In this document: piece after piece, positions 1-9,413 of the stretch | Layout of the letters: every line of letters starts with the position of its first letter | Numbering within the stretch: the first letter of the stretch is position 1 | Virus record (IMG/VR): IMGVR_UViG_3300037483_000057 | Coordinates: 1-49,332 of that record | From: a virus | Lineage: Duplodnaviria > Caudoviricetes | Length of the DNA: 49,332 nucleotides | Reading direction: 5' to 3' (one strand) | Made by a program: the position numbers and the translations under genes | Notes under the pieces: generated by a model | The model's database searches: none | Told to the model about the DNA's origin: nothing | What the model saw: only the letters and a program-made list of their open reading frames with translations

Positions 1-93
1 CATCGTGATGGGTCTCCCTATAGTGGTTCTCACCGTAAATGTTATGCTGGTGAGGATCTTTTCCTAGGGGATCTTGTGGAAGCTAATGCTACC
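1..93. repeat. Terminal direct repeat, copy 1 (identical to 49240-49332); circular-assembly overlap
   Basis: catcgtgatgggtctccc...gctaatgctacc occurs at both ends, and a reading frame continues across the join. Confidence 0.95.
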
Positions 94-525
94 GGTGTTG
101 CTGGTGAACAGGGTGGAGCTTATCAGGCAGTAGATCGTGCTGGCACTGGTGATAGCATTGTTGGCATTGTTGTTGGTTGGGAGCCCGCCCCTGCTACACT
201 TAATGACAAATACTGCCGTTCTGGTAACGTAGTTTATATAGCAGATACCTCTACCTTGATTCTTGAGGGGCAGACGGTTAGTAATGGTCTTGCTGCGGCC
301 GATGTTGGCCTTAATGTGGACTTCGTGGTTACTGCTGCTGGTAGTCTAACTACAGGAGAATCCGGATATGAGGTTAATGATGCAACGGAAGCTGTTACGG
401 CTACTCTTGATCTTAAAATCATAGGTTTGGTCGATCGTCCAGATAATGACATTACCTTGGCTAATATGAAAGTCTTGGTTATGACTAATAAGAATTGGTC
501 AACTGACCAAGTCCTCGGCGTCTAA
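1..525 (+). CDS. 3' part of capsid-associated (decoration/cement-like) protein; full gene is 49201-49239 joined to 1-525, 187 aa
   Basis: The frame is open from base 1 and continuous with ATG 49201 (MANKDWMTFRPVMHRDGSPY...). It lies immediately upstream of the MCP and is small and Gly/Ala/Val-rich. Function is inferred from position. Confidence 0.65.
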   Translation, partial: HRDGSPYSGSHRKCYAGEDLFLGDLVEANATGVAGEQGGAYQAVDRAGTGDSIVGIVVGWEPAPATLNDKYCRSGNVVYIADTSTLILEGQTVSNGLAAADVGLNVDFVVTAAGSLTTGESGYEVNDATEAVTATLDLKIIGLVDRPDNDITLANMKVLVMTNKNWSTDQVLGV

Positions 526-540
526 GGGAGGGATATATAG

Positions 541-1446
541 ATGGCTATTACTACAGGTAGTTTTGCAAAAGCCCTTTGGCCCGGCGTTAATTCTTGGTTT
601 GGGCAGGCTTATAAAGAACATCCAGTCGAGTATACTGGTTTGTTCGATACTAGTTCTTCTCGCAAATCGTTTGAGGAGGATATGGGGACCAGTATGTTTG
701 GTCTTGCGGCAGTCAAAGCAGAAGGTGCCAGCGTCAGTTATGATCTTGCACAGCAAGGATTTTTGACTCGTTATACCCATGCTGAATATGGGCTAGGTTT
801 TATCATTACTCGTATAATGGTTGATGATGACCTTTATGATGTGATTGGGAAAAAGAGAGCACAAGGTTTGGCATTCAGTATGCGCCAAACTAAGGAAGTT
901 ATCGGTGCAAATGTGTACAATAGGGCCTTTACATCTGGTTATACTGGTGGTGATGGCTCCATTCTCTTGGTTAGTACCCATCCTAATATTGCTGGTGGCA
1001 CTTACAGCAATGTAACTACCGCTGCTACTTTGTCTGAAGCGGCTTTGGAAGATCTAAGTATCGCTGTTATGCAGGCTAAGAATGATCGTGGTCTCAGTAT
1101 TTCCTTGATTCCACAAAAGTTGATTGTCCCTCCTGCGTTGGTTTTTGAAGCAGATCGTATTCTTAATAGTCCTCTTCGTGTTGGTTCTGCGGACAACGAT
1201 CTTAATGCTCTCAAGCATATGGGTAAGTTCCCTGGTGGTTTTGAGGTAAATCATTATCTTACTTCGAGTACAGCGTATTTCATTAGGACTAACTGTCCTG
1301 ATGGTATGAAGTATTTTGAGCGTCGTGCTGATGATTTCACGATGGATAATGACTTCGATACCGATAATGCGAAGTACAAGGCTACTTTCCGTTGTAGTTT
1401 TGGATGGACTGACCCAAGGGGTCTGTACGGAAATGCGGGGGCCTAA
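541..1446 (+). CDS. Major capsid protein (HK97 fold, Mu gpT-like family)
   Basis: 301 aa with a strong SD (gggagg). Family-typical motifs LWPGVNSWFG, FGLAAVKAEG, KLIVPPAL, NHYLT, DFDTDN, SFGWTDPRG. Follows portal and scaffold. Confidence 0.9.
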   Translation: MAITTGSFAKALWPGVNSWFGQAYKEHPVEYTGLFDTSSSRKSFEEDMGTSMFGLAAVKAEGASVSYDLAQQGFLTRYTHAEYGLGFIITRIMVDDDLYDVIGKKRAQGLAFSMRQTKEVIGANVYNRAFTSGYTGGDGSILLVSTHPNIAGGTYSNVTTAATLSEAALEDLSIAVMQAKNDRGLSISLIPQKLIVPPALVFEADRILNSPLRVGSADNDLNALKHMGKFPGGFEVNHYLTSSTAYFIRTNCPDGMKYFERRADDFTMDNDFDTDNAKYKATFRCSFGWTDPRGLYGNAGA

Positions 1447-1468
1447 CATAGGCAGTAGTTAAGGATAA

Positions 1469-1546
1469 TCCCCCTCTTTTGAGGGGGACTCCTCATAAAT
1501 TCCCTTTTCTGAATAAGGGAAGTTGACCCTAGCTTAATAGAGTTAG
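1469..1546 (+). promoter_or_regulatory. Cluster of three stem-loops downstream of MCP (possible partial terminator or mRNA stabiliser)
   Basis: tccccctc-tttt-gaggggga (1469-1488), ttccctt...aagggaa (1500-1521) and cctagct...agttagg (~1528-1546). There is no U-tract after the first stem. Confidence 0.45.
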
Positions 1547-1565
1547 GAGACAAAGGAGATATATA

Positions 1566-1994
1566 ATGGCAACAACTCATTTTAATGGTCCAGTATACAG
1601 TAAAAATGGTTTTCAAACTGGGACTGGTTCCGTTGAATCTCTCACTGTAGCACAAACATTGACTGCTGCTCAAGCAGGCAAAACTTATTTACTTGATGGT
1701 GGTACTGGCTTAGCGATTACTCTACCAAGTGCTGCTACGAAGGGATTGTACTTTAAATTTATTGTTACTGCTGCTTTTTCTACGGATTATGTTTTTACTG
1801 CTACTCCAGCAGATAGTTTTGAGGGATGTGTTATAGAAGCGGGTGCAGTTCAAGATGTAGACGCAGCGGATACTATCACTCTTGAGGATGGAGTAGAGAA
1901 TATAGGTGATTTTATAGAGTTTTTCAGTACAGGTACTTATTGGATAGTGTTTGGTAACTTCCTTACTGCTGCTTCAGTAACACCTGCTGGTTAA
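1566..1994 (+). CDS. Putative virion structural protein (minor capsid/head-fibre-like)
   Basis: SD aaggag; N-terminus MATTHFNGPV; beta-rich; first gene after MCP. Confidence 0.55.
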   Translation: MATTHFNGPVYSKNGFQTGTGSVESLTVAQTLTAAQAGKTYLLDGGTGLAITLPSAATKGLYFKFIVTAAFSTDYVFTATPADSFEGCVIEAGAVQDVDAADTITLEDGVENIGDFIEFFSTGTYWIVFGNFLTAASVTPAG

Positions 1995-2102
1995 TAATAA
2001 TTTAAAATAAGAAGGTTGTCTCTCCAAGGATGGAGACGCTTTTATAATGAAACTCATATGTCTATGAGTTTAGAGGCTAACCTTAAATATAGGAGAACAA
2101 AG

Positions 2103-2537
2103 ATGGCAATGAATACAGTTTTAATGCTGGAGAATAGTGATGGTACTTCTGGTTTAGATCAGAAATTAGGGCATACTGATGGGTGGGCTCATATTATGAG
2201 TCCCGCTAACGCTTTTGGCACTGTTACTTCAAATGAAGTTAATGGTACTGGTGCGGCAGCGAATACTGCATTTAATTATGCTAATGGTCTAAATGGAGTT
2301 ACCGTCAGTAATGGTCCTACTACTGCTGCTGCATATACTGCTGCTCAAGATGCATATGTATATGTTGCATTTAATAATACTTCTATAAATGATCCTGCTA
2401 CTGCTGGATTACGCTATTGTATTCCCCCTAATAGTAGTATGACTCTAGCTTTTACTGCTACTCCATTGCCCACGACTATGACATTGCGTGTAACAAACGC
2501 AACCTGTAAGGCTTCTTTTGTAGCTGTTGAGAATTAA
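2103..2537 (+). CDS. Putative virion structural protein
   Basis: Start reassigned to ATG 2103 behind SD aggag. Ala/Thr/Asn-rich; in the structural operon. Confidence 0.5.
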   Translation: MAMNTVLMLENSDGTSGLDQKLGHTDGWAHIMSPANAFGTVTSNEVNGTGAAANTAFNYANGLNGVTVSNGPTTAAAYTAAQDAYVYVAFNNTSINDPATAGLRYCIPPNSSMTLAFTATPLPTTMTLRVTNATCKASFVAVEN

Positions 2538-2539
2538 TA

Positions 2540-3262
2540 ATGATTCTTCCAACTGTCTATAATAGGAAGAATACAAATATAGTGCCCCCTTATGATAGTC
2601 GTAATTATAAACTAATTGATAACTTTAATAGAGCAGAAACCATCGCTGTTAGTTCTACTCCTGTATATTCTATAAATAGTACTTTATGGTTTCCCTCTAC
2701 AATAGCTGTTGGAGGAGAGGCTTTTCAATGTTCACCAGCATTCTTGAGAAGGGTAACTACTGCTGCTGATCCAGATGGTGTCTTACATATACAAGATATT
2801 GGAAAAAGATTAAGACTTAGTGCGTCAGTAATATTAGGTACTAATGGGGATAGAGTAGAGTTTACCTTAAGAAAAAATACAGGTACTCCTGATGAAGATG
2901 GGCAACTTAATTGTATGGTTGTTGGTGTTCGCCAGAATGCATCTGGGACAGTATTTCAAGTTAAAACAGGATTTAAAGATCTAGGGGTAGCTAATGATAC
3001 TCCGGTTATGGATGGAGGCATAGCATTCTGGAATACAGTAGGAACTGTAACAGTTGGTGCAAATGCTCGATGTGAAGTTTATATAGAGGATCTAGGAAAT
3101 AGAGTTAATATGAAAGTAATTGGAAACTCCTCTTATAATCTCACTGATAATGATTATTCTTGGTCTGTGCCAGAAACATATATAGATAACACTGGTTTTG
3201 GAATAAATATTAATGATGGAGATGTAACATCTACTAAAGTAATGAATTTGAGGGTGTGGTAA
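2540..3262 (+). CDS. Putative virion protein, beta-sandwich/lectin-like
   Basis: 240 aa, beta-rich composition; TAATG coupling to the next gene. Confidence 0.45.
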   Translation: MILPTVYNRKNTNIVPPYDSRNYKLIDNFNRAETIAVSSTPVYSINSTLWFPSTIAVGGEAFQCSPAFLRRVTTAADPDGVLHIQDIGKRLRLSASVILGTNGDRVEFTLRKNTGTPDEDGQLNCMVVGVRQNASGTVFQVKTGFKDLGVANDTPVMDGGIAFWNTVGTVTVGANARCEVYIEDLGNRVNMKVIGNSSYNLTDNDYSWSVPETYIDNTGFGININDGDVTSTKVMNLRVW

Positions 3263-4908
3263 TGTCTCATTTGCATATAGCACTCAGATCAAGTTCGACA
3301 TCAACAACGGGTAAAGTGATTGTATTTAGTTTAATATCGACTAATCCTACGGTAACAATCGGTAATATAGTATATACAGTTGGCAGTGGATTAACTGCTG
3401 TTAGTATTGGAGAAGATGGTGTAGGGGGAGTTACAGATTCAGCGGCGACCGCCCCAGTTGCTTTATACTCATGGATTACGGGAACAATTTCAGGATTATC
3501 GCCTAATAAAGAATATCCAATAACAGTAACTCAGAATGCTTATTCTATAACTGGAACTTTAAGAACTATGCCTGATAGTACTTCTGTTAAAATAGGAGGT
3601 GCTTTTGTATCTTGTGATCCTAATGAGGGTATGTCAGTAGGTTCGTCTAAAGGAGCATGGGGTTATATTAGAGAGCAAGTAGAATTAGGTAAGGTGCAAT
3701 TTGTAATACATACTGACGATCATGGATATACAGATTCTTATACTTTAGATAAATCATTATTTGATAGTGGAATTAATGATAGATTTGCAGTACAGAGTCC
3801 TACCACAACATCCAGAGAATATACTTATGCTCTGGGATATGCAAGTTACCTAGGATTAATCCCTTCTGATACTCGTCATCATGATGAAGATAAAATATGG
3901 TGTCACCACAATCTACCATTTGTAGTGGGAACAGGGGATCATGAATTATTACAAAATCCTGAAGATGGGACAAGTGTTACTGCTGCCCATCTTATAGATG
4001 GGTTTGCAGCTTATAAGAAAACAGTTGGGGCTTGTGCTTTAGGATATTTAAATCCTTCTGTTAATGCAGCTACAATAGATCGAATTGGCCCCTTGGAAAT
4101 TATAAATTATGATCGAGTTTTTGGATTAACAGCAGCTACACAAGTGTTTGATCCTGTAGCTCAAGAAAGTAATAATATACTAACAGTTAATTCTGCGGCT
4201 GCAACTATTAGATGGTTAGGAACAGCAGCAGATCAGCAAAATGTCATCATCGCAGCGGTAGATACAGAAAGTCCCTTTAAAATATTAGCTATGTCTACTG
4301 ACCCATACTTTATGATGAGTAAGGCAGATAGATTAACTGCTCTAGCTGGAGCTTGGACTGAGTGGACTTATCTAGGTGCTCAAGATCCTCTGCATGGGAG
4401 TACTGTCACAGCAGATGGTACAAGTGAGTGGACGGAGTTAGTAACAAAGAAAGTGGGAGATTCTATAGTTAGTAAATGTATAGAGTATGGGGGCGTCTTA
4501 GTTGGGCTACACGGAGATACACATAGACCCTTTGTTACTCATCATTATAAACCAGAAACTCCTACACATCATGCTCTTTCAATGTTTGAATTTAGTGCTG
4601 GTTCTGTAGGTGGGAGAGGTCAGAGTCCGTTACATCCAGATATAGCTAATGTAATGCTCGTTGATAATGAGATTTATGGTTATCAAGGTTCCTCTTATAT
4701 TTGGACTCCTTCAAATACTCCAATATCAGAACCTTCTGTTAATCCTATGAATAGTTGTATCTTGTTAGAAGCAGAAAATGATAATGGTTCCTGGAGATTA
4801 ACTGTAAATATAGTAAGTGTTCAAGAAGGAACTGCTGAAGGAACTATAGAATATACGAAAACTTTGTTGGCTAATGAAACTCCTACATTGGGATTAGGAT
4901 CAATATAA
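3262..4908 (+). CDS. PhoD-like (alkaline phosphatase D family) metallophosphoesterase with N-terminal FN3-like domain
   Basis: Ordered motifs GLSPNKEY...GTLRTMP, AFVSCD, HTDDHGYTD, GDHE, LHGDTH and FEFSAG follow the PhoD pattern (GLxPxTxY, GxFRTxP, FxSC, GDxxYxD, DDHE, GDxH, EF). Confidence 0.65.
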   Translation: MSHLHIALRSSSTSTTGKVIVFSLISTNPTVTIGNIVYTVGSGLTAVSIGEDGVGGVTDSAATAPVALYSWITGTISGLSPNKEYPITVTQNAYSITGTLRTMPDSTSVKIGGAFVSCDPNEGMSVGSSKGAWGYIREQVELGKVQFVIHTDDHGYTDSYTLDKSLFDSGINDRFAVQSPTTTSREYTYALGYASYLGLIPSDTRHHDEDKIWCHHNLPFVVGTGDHELLQNPEDGTSVTAAHLIDGFAAYKKTVGACALGYLNPSVNAATIDRIGPLEIINYDRVFGLTAATQVFDPVAQESNNILTVNSAAATIRWLGTAADQQNVIIAAVDTESPFKILAMSTDPYFMMSKADRLTALAGAWTEWTYLGAQDPLHGSTVTADGTSEWTELVTKKVGDSIVSKCIEYGGVLVGLHGDTHRPFVTHHYKPETPTHHALSMFEFSAGSVGGRGQSPLHPDIANVMLVDNEIYGYQGSSYIWTPSNTPISEPSVNPMNSCILLEAENDNGSWRLTVNIVSVQEGTAEGTIEYTKTLLANETPTLGLGSI

Positions 4909-4909
4909 G

Positions 4910-6271
4910 GTGCCAAAGAGAACCCATAATCAAAACACTTTAGTCCTGGGACAGTGGAATGCGATTTGTGATATCTGTGGTTTTAAGTTTAAGTCCTCAG
5001 ATCTTAGAAAGCGATGGGATGGCTTTATGGTATGCAGGGATGATTGGGAATCAAGGCATCCAGCAGACTTCTTCAGAGGGGTCAAGGATAATCAAAGTAC
5101 TCCTTGGCTTAGGCCAGAAAGTCAGGATGCTGGAGGTACGGATATAGAAGGAGACACTATCCCCCCTACATTTGATGCTGGGGCTAAAGCTGAAGGAGAA
5201 GAACCCGATGCTACTGAGGATGGTTATGTAGATAATGGAACTTTTTCAGATCAAATCATACCTGGAACTATACAACTTTCTTATCCTCCCACCATAAGTG
5301 GTACTCCAGATACTTCCATATTTGTAGGGGAATCTTATCTCTTCCTACCGACTGCTTCTGATCCAGATGATGATCCTTTGGTATTTAGTATCACTAATAA
5401 ACCTTCTTGGGCTACTTTTAGTACCACTACCGGGTCTTTGAGTGGTGATCCTGTCTCTGGAGATATGGGAATATACACGGGTATAATTATTTCTGTATCT
5501 GATGGGTATGATACTGTTCCTCTTGATGCTTTTAATATAGAAGTTCTAGCGGGGTTTAATGAAGCCGTGCTAGCAGATATTCCAGTAGGATTCTGGAATC
5601 ATGAATCTGGAGCATTAGAGATAGATTCCAGCGGTTATGGGAATCATGCTACTACAACTGTAAATGTATCTGAAATAGCTGGTGTACAATCTGGTGCTGG
5701 AGACTATGACACTGTTTTAGAATCAAAACAAAGAATACCTAATGCAATTAGTATTCAAGATTTGGGTCTTGGGGGAGGATCTATTATCACCGTGGAAATG
5801 GTGATTAAACTAAATGCAACAGCGGGTACAAATAATCCAGTGGTTATTTCTAAAGGACAATTTGGAAGTACAGCTGGCTGGTATGTGAACTTTCAGAATA
5901 TTGATGGTACCCATCTTAATCAACTAACAATGGCAATATATTCTGGTGGTTGGACTGAGAGGATGCATTTCTCCTCTGCTACAGAAATTCCTATAAATCA
6001 GTATTTGCACCTTGTTATTGCGGGAGAATTCTTCTCTGGAGTAAAAAAAATATATATTAATAATGCTCCAGATACTATTTATGATATTAACGACCCTACT
6101 GGTTCTCAGACCAGTGATAATGCCTCTGAGTTGTATATTTCTGGGTTTTATAATGCATTTGTTCTTCAAGACACTAATTTCCTGGATGCTTCAATAGATT
6201 CTCTTATACTTTATGATTATGAATTACCTGCTGATAGAGTGGCAGCACACTTTGCTTTAACAGGAATATAA
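4910..6271 (+). CDS. Virion protein: N-terminal CxxC Zn-ribbon-like domain + Ig-like (He_PIG type) domain + LamG/concanavalin-like domain
   Basis: WNAICDICGFK...WDGFMVC..DWESRHP; PPTISGTP...YLFLPTASDPDDDPLVFSITNKPSWATF..TTGSLSG..VSDG; DSSGYGNH...IDSLILYDYEL. Confidence 0.7.
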   Translation: MPKRTHNQNTLVLGQWNAICDICGFKFKSSDLRKRWDGFMVCRDDWESRHPADFFRGVKDNQSTPWLRPESQDAGGTDIEGDTIPPTFDAGAKAEGEEPDATEDGYVDNGTFSDQIIPGTIQLSYPPTISGTPDTSIFVGESYLFLPTASDPDDDPLVFSITNKPSWATFSTTTGSLSGDPVSGDMGIYTGIIISVSDGYDTVPLDAFNIEVLAGFNEAVLADIPVGFWNHESGALEIDSSGYGNHATTTVNVSEIAGVQSGAGDYDTVLESKQRIPNAISIQDLGLGGGSIITVEMVIKLNATAGTNNPVVISKGQFGSTAGWYVNFQNIDGTHLNQLTMAIYSGGWTERMHFSSATEIPINQYLHLVIAGEFFSGVKKIYINNAPDTIYDINDPTGSQTSDNASELYISGFYNAFVLQDTNFLDASIDSLILYDYELPADRVAAHFALTGI

Positions 6272-6973
6272 ATGCCCACAACCTCAACGTATTCTTATAA
6301 TCCTACCGCTACTACCTTGATTACAGATGCTCTAAGATACTTAGGAGCTATAGAAGAAGGTGGTGTAGCTAGTAGTGCCCAAATAACTGATTGTCTACCC
6401 TCATTTGAATTATATATAAAGGGTTTAGGTAAGTATGGACTATTACTCTGGACTATCACTACAGAATCCGTAACCCTGGTAGCTGGGACTGTCAGTTACG
6501 TTCCAACAAACAAGTTTCTGAAACTAACAGATATTATTTATAGGGACTCAGAAGGAGAAGATACTAGACTTACACCTCTTTCAAGACAGGAATACTGGGA
6601 TCTTTCAAATAAAGATCAAGACAGCAACCAACCTACACAGTTTTATTATGATCCTCAAGAAACTGCTCTTGAGAGTAAAATATATATCTGGCCTGTTCCC
6701 GATGCTACCGGGGCAGGTAATGGAGAAACACTAGAAGTCACAGGGAACTTACTCCTAGAGGATGTGGGTGATGGTTCATATACTCTGGATGTACCCCAAG
6801 AGTGGCTAGAAACAATTAAATATGGTCTAGCTACTAGATTAGCTCCTATGTATGGTTATCCTACTAGCGAAAGACAAATACTATTAGCTGAATATCAAAA
6901 TCTTTTGAGAGAAAGTTTGTTATGGGATACAGAACAAGAATCTATATACTTTCAACCCCAAGACTATAAATGA
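6272..6973 (+). CDS. Head-tail adaptor (P22 gp4 / tail tubular protein A-like)
   Basis: LITDALRYLG N-terminal helix; IWPVPD; LDVPQEWLETIKYGLATRLAPMYG; sits just before the nozzle gene. Confidence 0.7.
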   Translation: MPTTSTYSYNPTATTLITDALRYLGAIEEGGVASSAQITDCLPSFELYIKGLGKYGLLLWTITTESVTLVAGTVSYVPTNKFLKLTDIIYRDSEGEDTRLTPLSRQEYWDLSNKDQDSNQPTQFYYDPQETALESKIYIWPVPDATGAGNGETLEVTGNLLLEDVGDGSYTLDVPQEWLETIKYGLATRLAPMYGYPTSERQILLAEYQNLLRESLLWDTEQESIYFQPQDYK

Positions 6974-8790
6974 CTTCTTACGTAGCTAAAGATAGAACTG
7001 TAAGACTCCCTACTGTAACTGATTTACAGATAAATTCCTTTAATACGGGAATGATAAATGTTCATGGTTCTTATATTAAGAATGGGGTTATTAGGAAATA
7101 CCCTAGTGGAACTTTCTACGTAACTCAACGGCCTGGGTTTAGTATATTTAATTCCCCTTCCGACGCTTCTGTTACAGATGTAAGAGGAAGAGGGATCTAT
7201 TACTGGGAGGAAGTCCCTGCTCTGTACTTTGTTAATAATGACACCGTGTATAAAACAGATTATACCGGGGATCTTGCTCAATTAATCAGCGCTGGTGCAC
7301 ATACTGTAAATATAGCAGAATTAGGGGATAAATTGGTATTCTTGGATCATGAAAATAATGAGATGTGGTATATAGACAGTGACACATCGACTACTCTCAG
7401 AAGCATGAATCCTTTTACTGTTACTAGAACTGATATTTCATTTACTAATCCTAGTACCATAAGTACCGTTGCTGGAGATTTCTCCGTGCTTTCTCCAGGG
7501 GACATAATCACTATTACAAGTACATCCGGCTTGAATGATGGCACTTATACAGTAGTTACTGCTAGTGCAAGTACTATAACTGTATCTGAGACTACCATTA
7601 CAACTGAAACTGCTGCTGCTGCTGGAACTGTAGTAGTAACTAGGACTAACTTCAATGCCCTACCACAGAATAATAGCCTCTTCTTAGCTCATGGTATAGT
7701 AGTCTTGGATCAAACCATGTATGTGCTAGATTCCAGTGGTCGTGTATGGGGTTCCGCTGTAGCTAATATTCTGGATTGGGATAATGCTCTAAATTATATT
7801 ACAGCAGAAAAAGAAGAAGATGTTGGTGTAGCTATAGAAAAGCATTATAACAACCTTGTTGTATTTGGGAGAAGAACTATAGAATTTATGTATGATGCTG
7901 GCAATCCCACAGGTAGTCCCTTAAGTGTACGAGACGATATTAGTTACAATATAGGGCTGGTTGATCCTCATTCAGTATGGAGAAATGGGGATGATATTTA
8001 TTTCCTTGGTATAGATACAGTAGGACAGATACAACCCTATCTTCTTAGAGAATGGCGCATAGCCCCCATTAACTCCGAAGGGGATCTATCTTCTTTTATA
8101 ACTACTACCGCCTCTATTGATGGTATAAATGCATTTGGTGCTGGTTGTTCAAGTGGTGGAGAAACCTTCTATATCCTAACTATTTACAATTTAGATGATG
8201 ACGATAATCCTATATCGGTTATCACTCTAGTTTATAACTCAAATACTCAGACATGGTCTGAGTGGGAGTTTGCTGGCTCGGGGATAGATAATTTTCCTCT
8301 TGTGGGATATACGATTACAGATAGTGCTAGGATAGGAGAGGGTATATTTGCTACAGGGGAATTGTGTTTTCTCTTGGATAACTTCACTCCCTTCGATTCT
8401 ATAGGTATAGCTACTGATCCTTATGTTACAAGTGGGTATGTTGGTTCAGATTATGTCCTATCAGGAACGTCCGCTAATTCAGACGAGATAGACCTGATCG
8501 TAAGATTAGATAATTGGGATAATGGTAATCGCGATTGGAAATTTATGCATCAACTTAGATATGTGGGTGATGAGACCGCTGATCCTAATACTCTCACTGT
8601 AAAATGGAATGATGGTAATAATGTGCCTGAATCTTACACTCACAGTAATACCATTGATGTAAGCAATGGTAATAACAAGATAACTCGTCTAGGTAAGTTC
8701 AAGAGTAGGAGTTTTGAGTTTGAGTACTCGGGTAATGAGCAGATAAGATTTGAAGCCATAGATGTAGATATTTCAGAGGGTACTCACTAA
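6970..8790 (+). CDS. Tail nozzle / packaged-DNA stabilisation protein (P22 gp10-like)
   Basis: 606 aa, beta-propeller-like composition; QRPG, LVVFGRRTIE, TLVYNSNTQTWSEW, RLGKFKSR; follows the adaptor. Confidence 0.7.
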   Translation: MTSYVAKDRTVRLPTVTDLQINSFNTGMINVHGSYIKNGVIRKYPSGTFYVTQRPGFSIFNSPSDASVTDVRGRGIYYWEEVPALYFVNNDTVYKTDYTGDLAQLISAGAHTVNIAELGDKLVFLDHENNEMWYIDSDTSTTLRSMNPFTVTRTDISFTNPSTISTVAGDFSVLSPGDIITITSTSGLNDGTYTVVTASASTITVSETTITTETAAAAGTVVVTRTNFNALPQNNSLFLAHGIVVLDQTMYVLDSSGRVWGSAVANILDWDNALNYITAEKEEDVGVAIEKHYNNLVVFGRRTIEFMYDAGNPTGSPLSVRDDISYNIGLVDPHSVWRNGDDIYFLGIDTVGQIQPYLLREWRIAPINSEGDLSSFITTTASIDGINAFGAGCSSGGETFYILTIYNLDDDDNPISVITLVYNSNTQTWSEWEFAGSGIDNFPLVGYTITDSARIGEGIFATGELCFLLDNFTPFDSIGIATDPYVTSGYVGSDYVLSGTSANSDEIDLIVRLDNWDNGNRDWKFMHQLRYVGDETADPNTLTVKWNDGNNVPESYTHSNTIDVSNGNNKITRLGKFKSRSFEFEYSGNEQIRFEAIDVDISEGTH

Positions 8791-9413
8791 TGGCTTATCT
8801 TGAGGCTCCTCCATACACCGTGAAGGAATTTGAATTTAAGTGGAGGAATTGGCTCAATAATGTATATGAGCAACTCAGGGGGCCTAGATGGAAGGTGCTT
8901 ACTTATGCACCCTTTACAGGGGTACTTGGTTCTGTAACTCCCCCCACATTGAGTTCCTTTGGTACTGGTGCTTACGGTCGAGAGTATGAATTTAATAGAG
9001 GGGATCTAATTTATGGGGAGATTAAGATACCCTCAGATATCGTTCCTAATTCTCAATTTTATATTGATCTTCATTGGTCAACTGATGGTACAGGAACCGG
9101 TAATGTTGAGTGGGTTATGGCCTTTGCTCTAGCTAAAGAAGGAGCTATCTTTCCTGCTGCTACTACTCTAACTGTTATTGATGCTGCTAATGCCACAGCT
9201 TGGTATCATTCTGTTTCTGAAGTAGAAACGGCTATAGATATAGAGGAACCCGAGACTGTTATTATAGGAAATGTAATGAGAGGAAACACTTCAGATACTT
9301 ATTCAGATACAGCTGCCGGTCATGTCTTCCTCTTATCTATAGGATTACATTATCAATCAGATAGATTTGGAACTGTTAATAAAGATAAAGATTTTTATAG
9401 GAGAGGGAATTAA
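8790..9413 (+). CDS. Putative tail protein
   Basis: Coupled ORF after the nozzle; short N-terminal helix (WRNWLNNVYEQL) followed by a beta-sandwich-like region. Confidence 0.5.
   Translation: MAYLEAPPYTVKEFEFKWRNWLNNVYEQLRGPRWKVLTYAPFTGVLGSVTPPTLSSFGTGAYGREYEFNRGDLIYGEIKIPSDIVPNSQFYIDLHWSTDGTGTGNVEWVMAFALAKEGAIFPAATTLTVIDAANATAWYHSVSEVETAIDIEEPETVIIGNVMRGNTSDTYSDTAAGHVFLLSIGLHYQSDRFGTVNKDKDFYRRGN

Noticed and set aside
76-525. 149-aa ORF starting at GTG 76
   Set aside because: Truncation artefact of linearisation; the real start is ATG 49201 across the junction.
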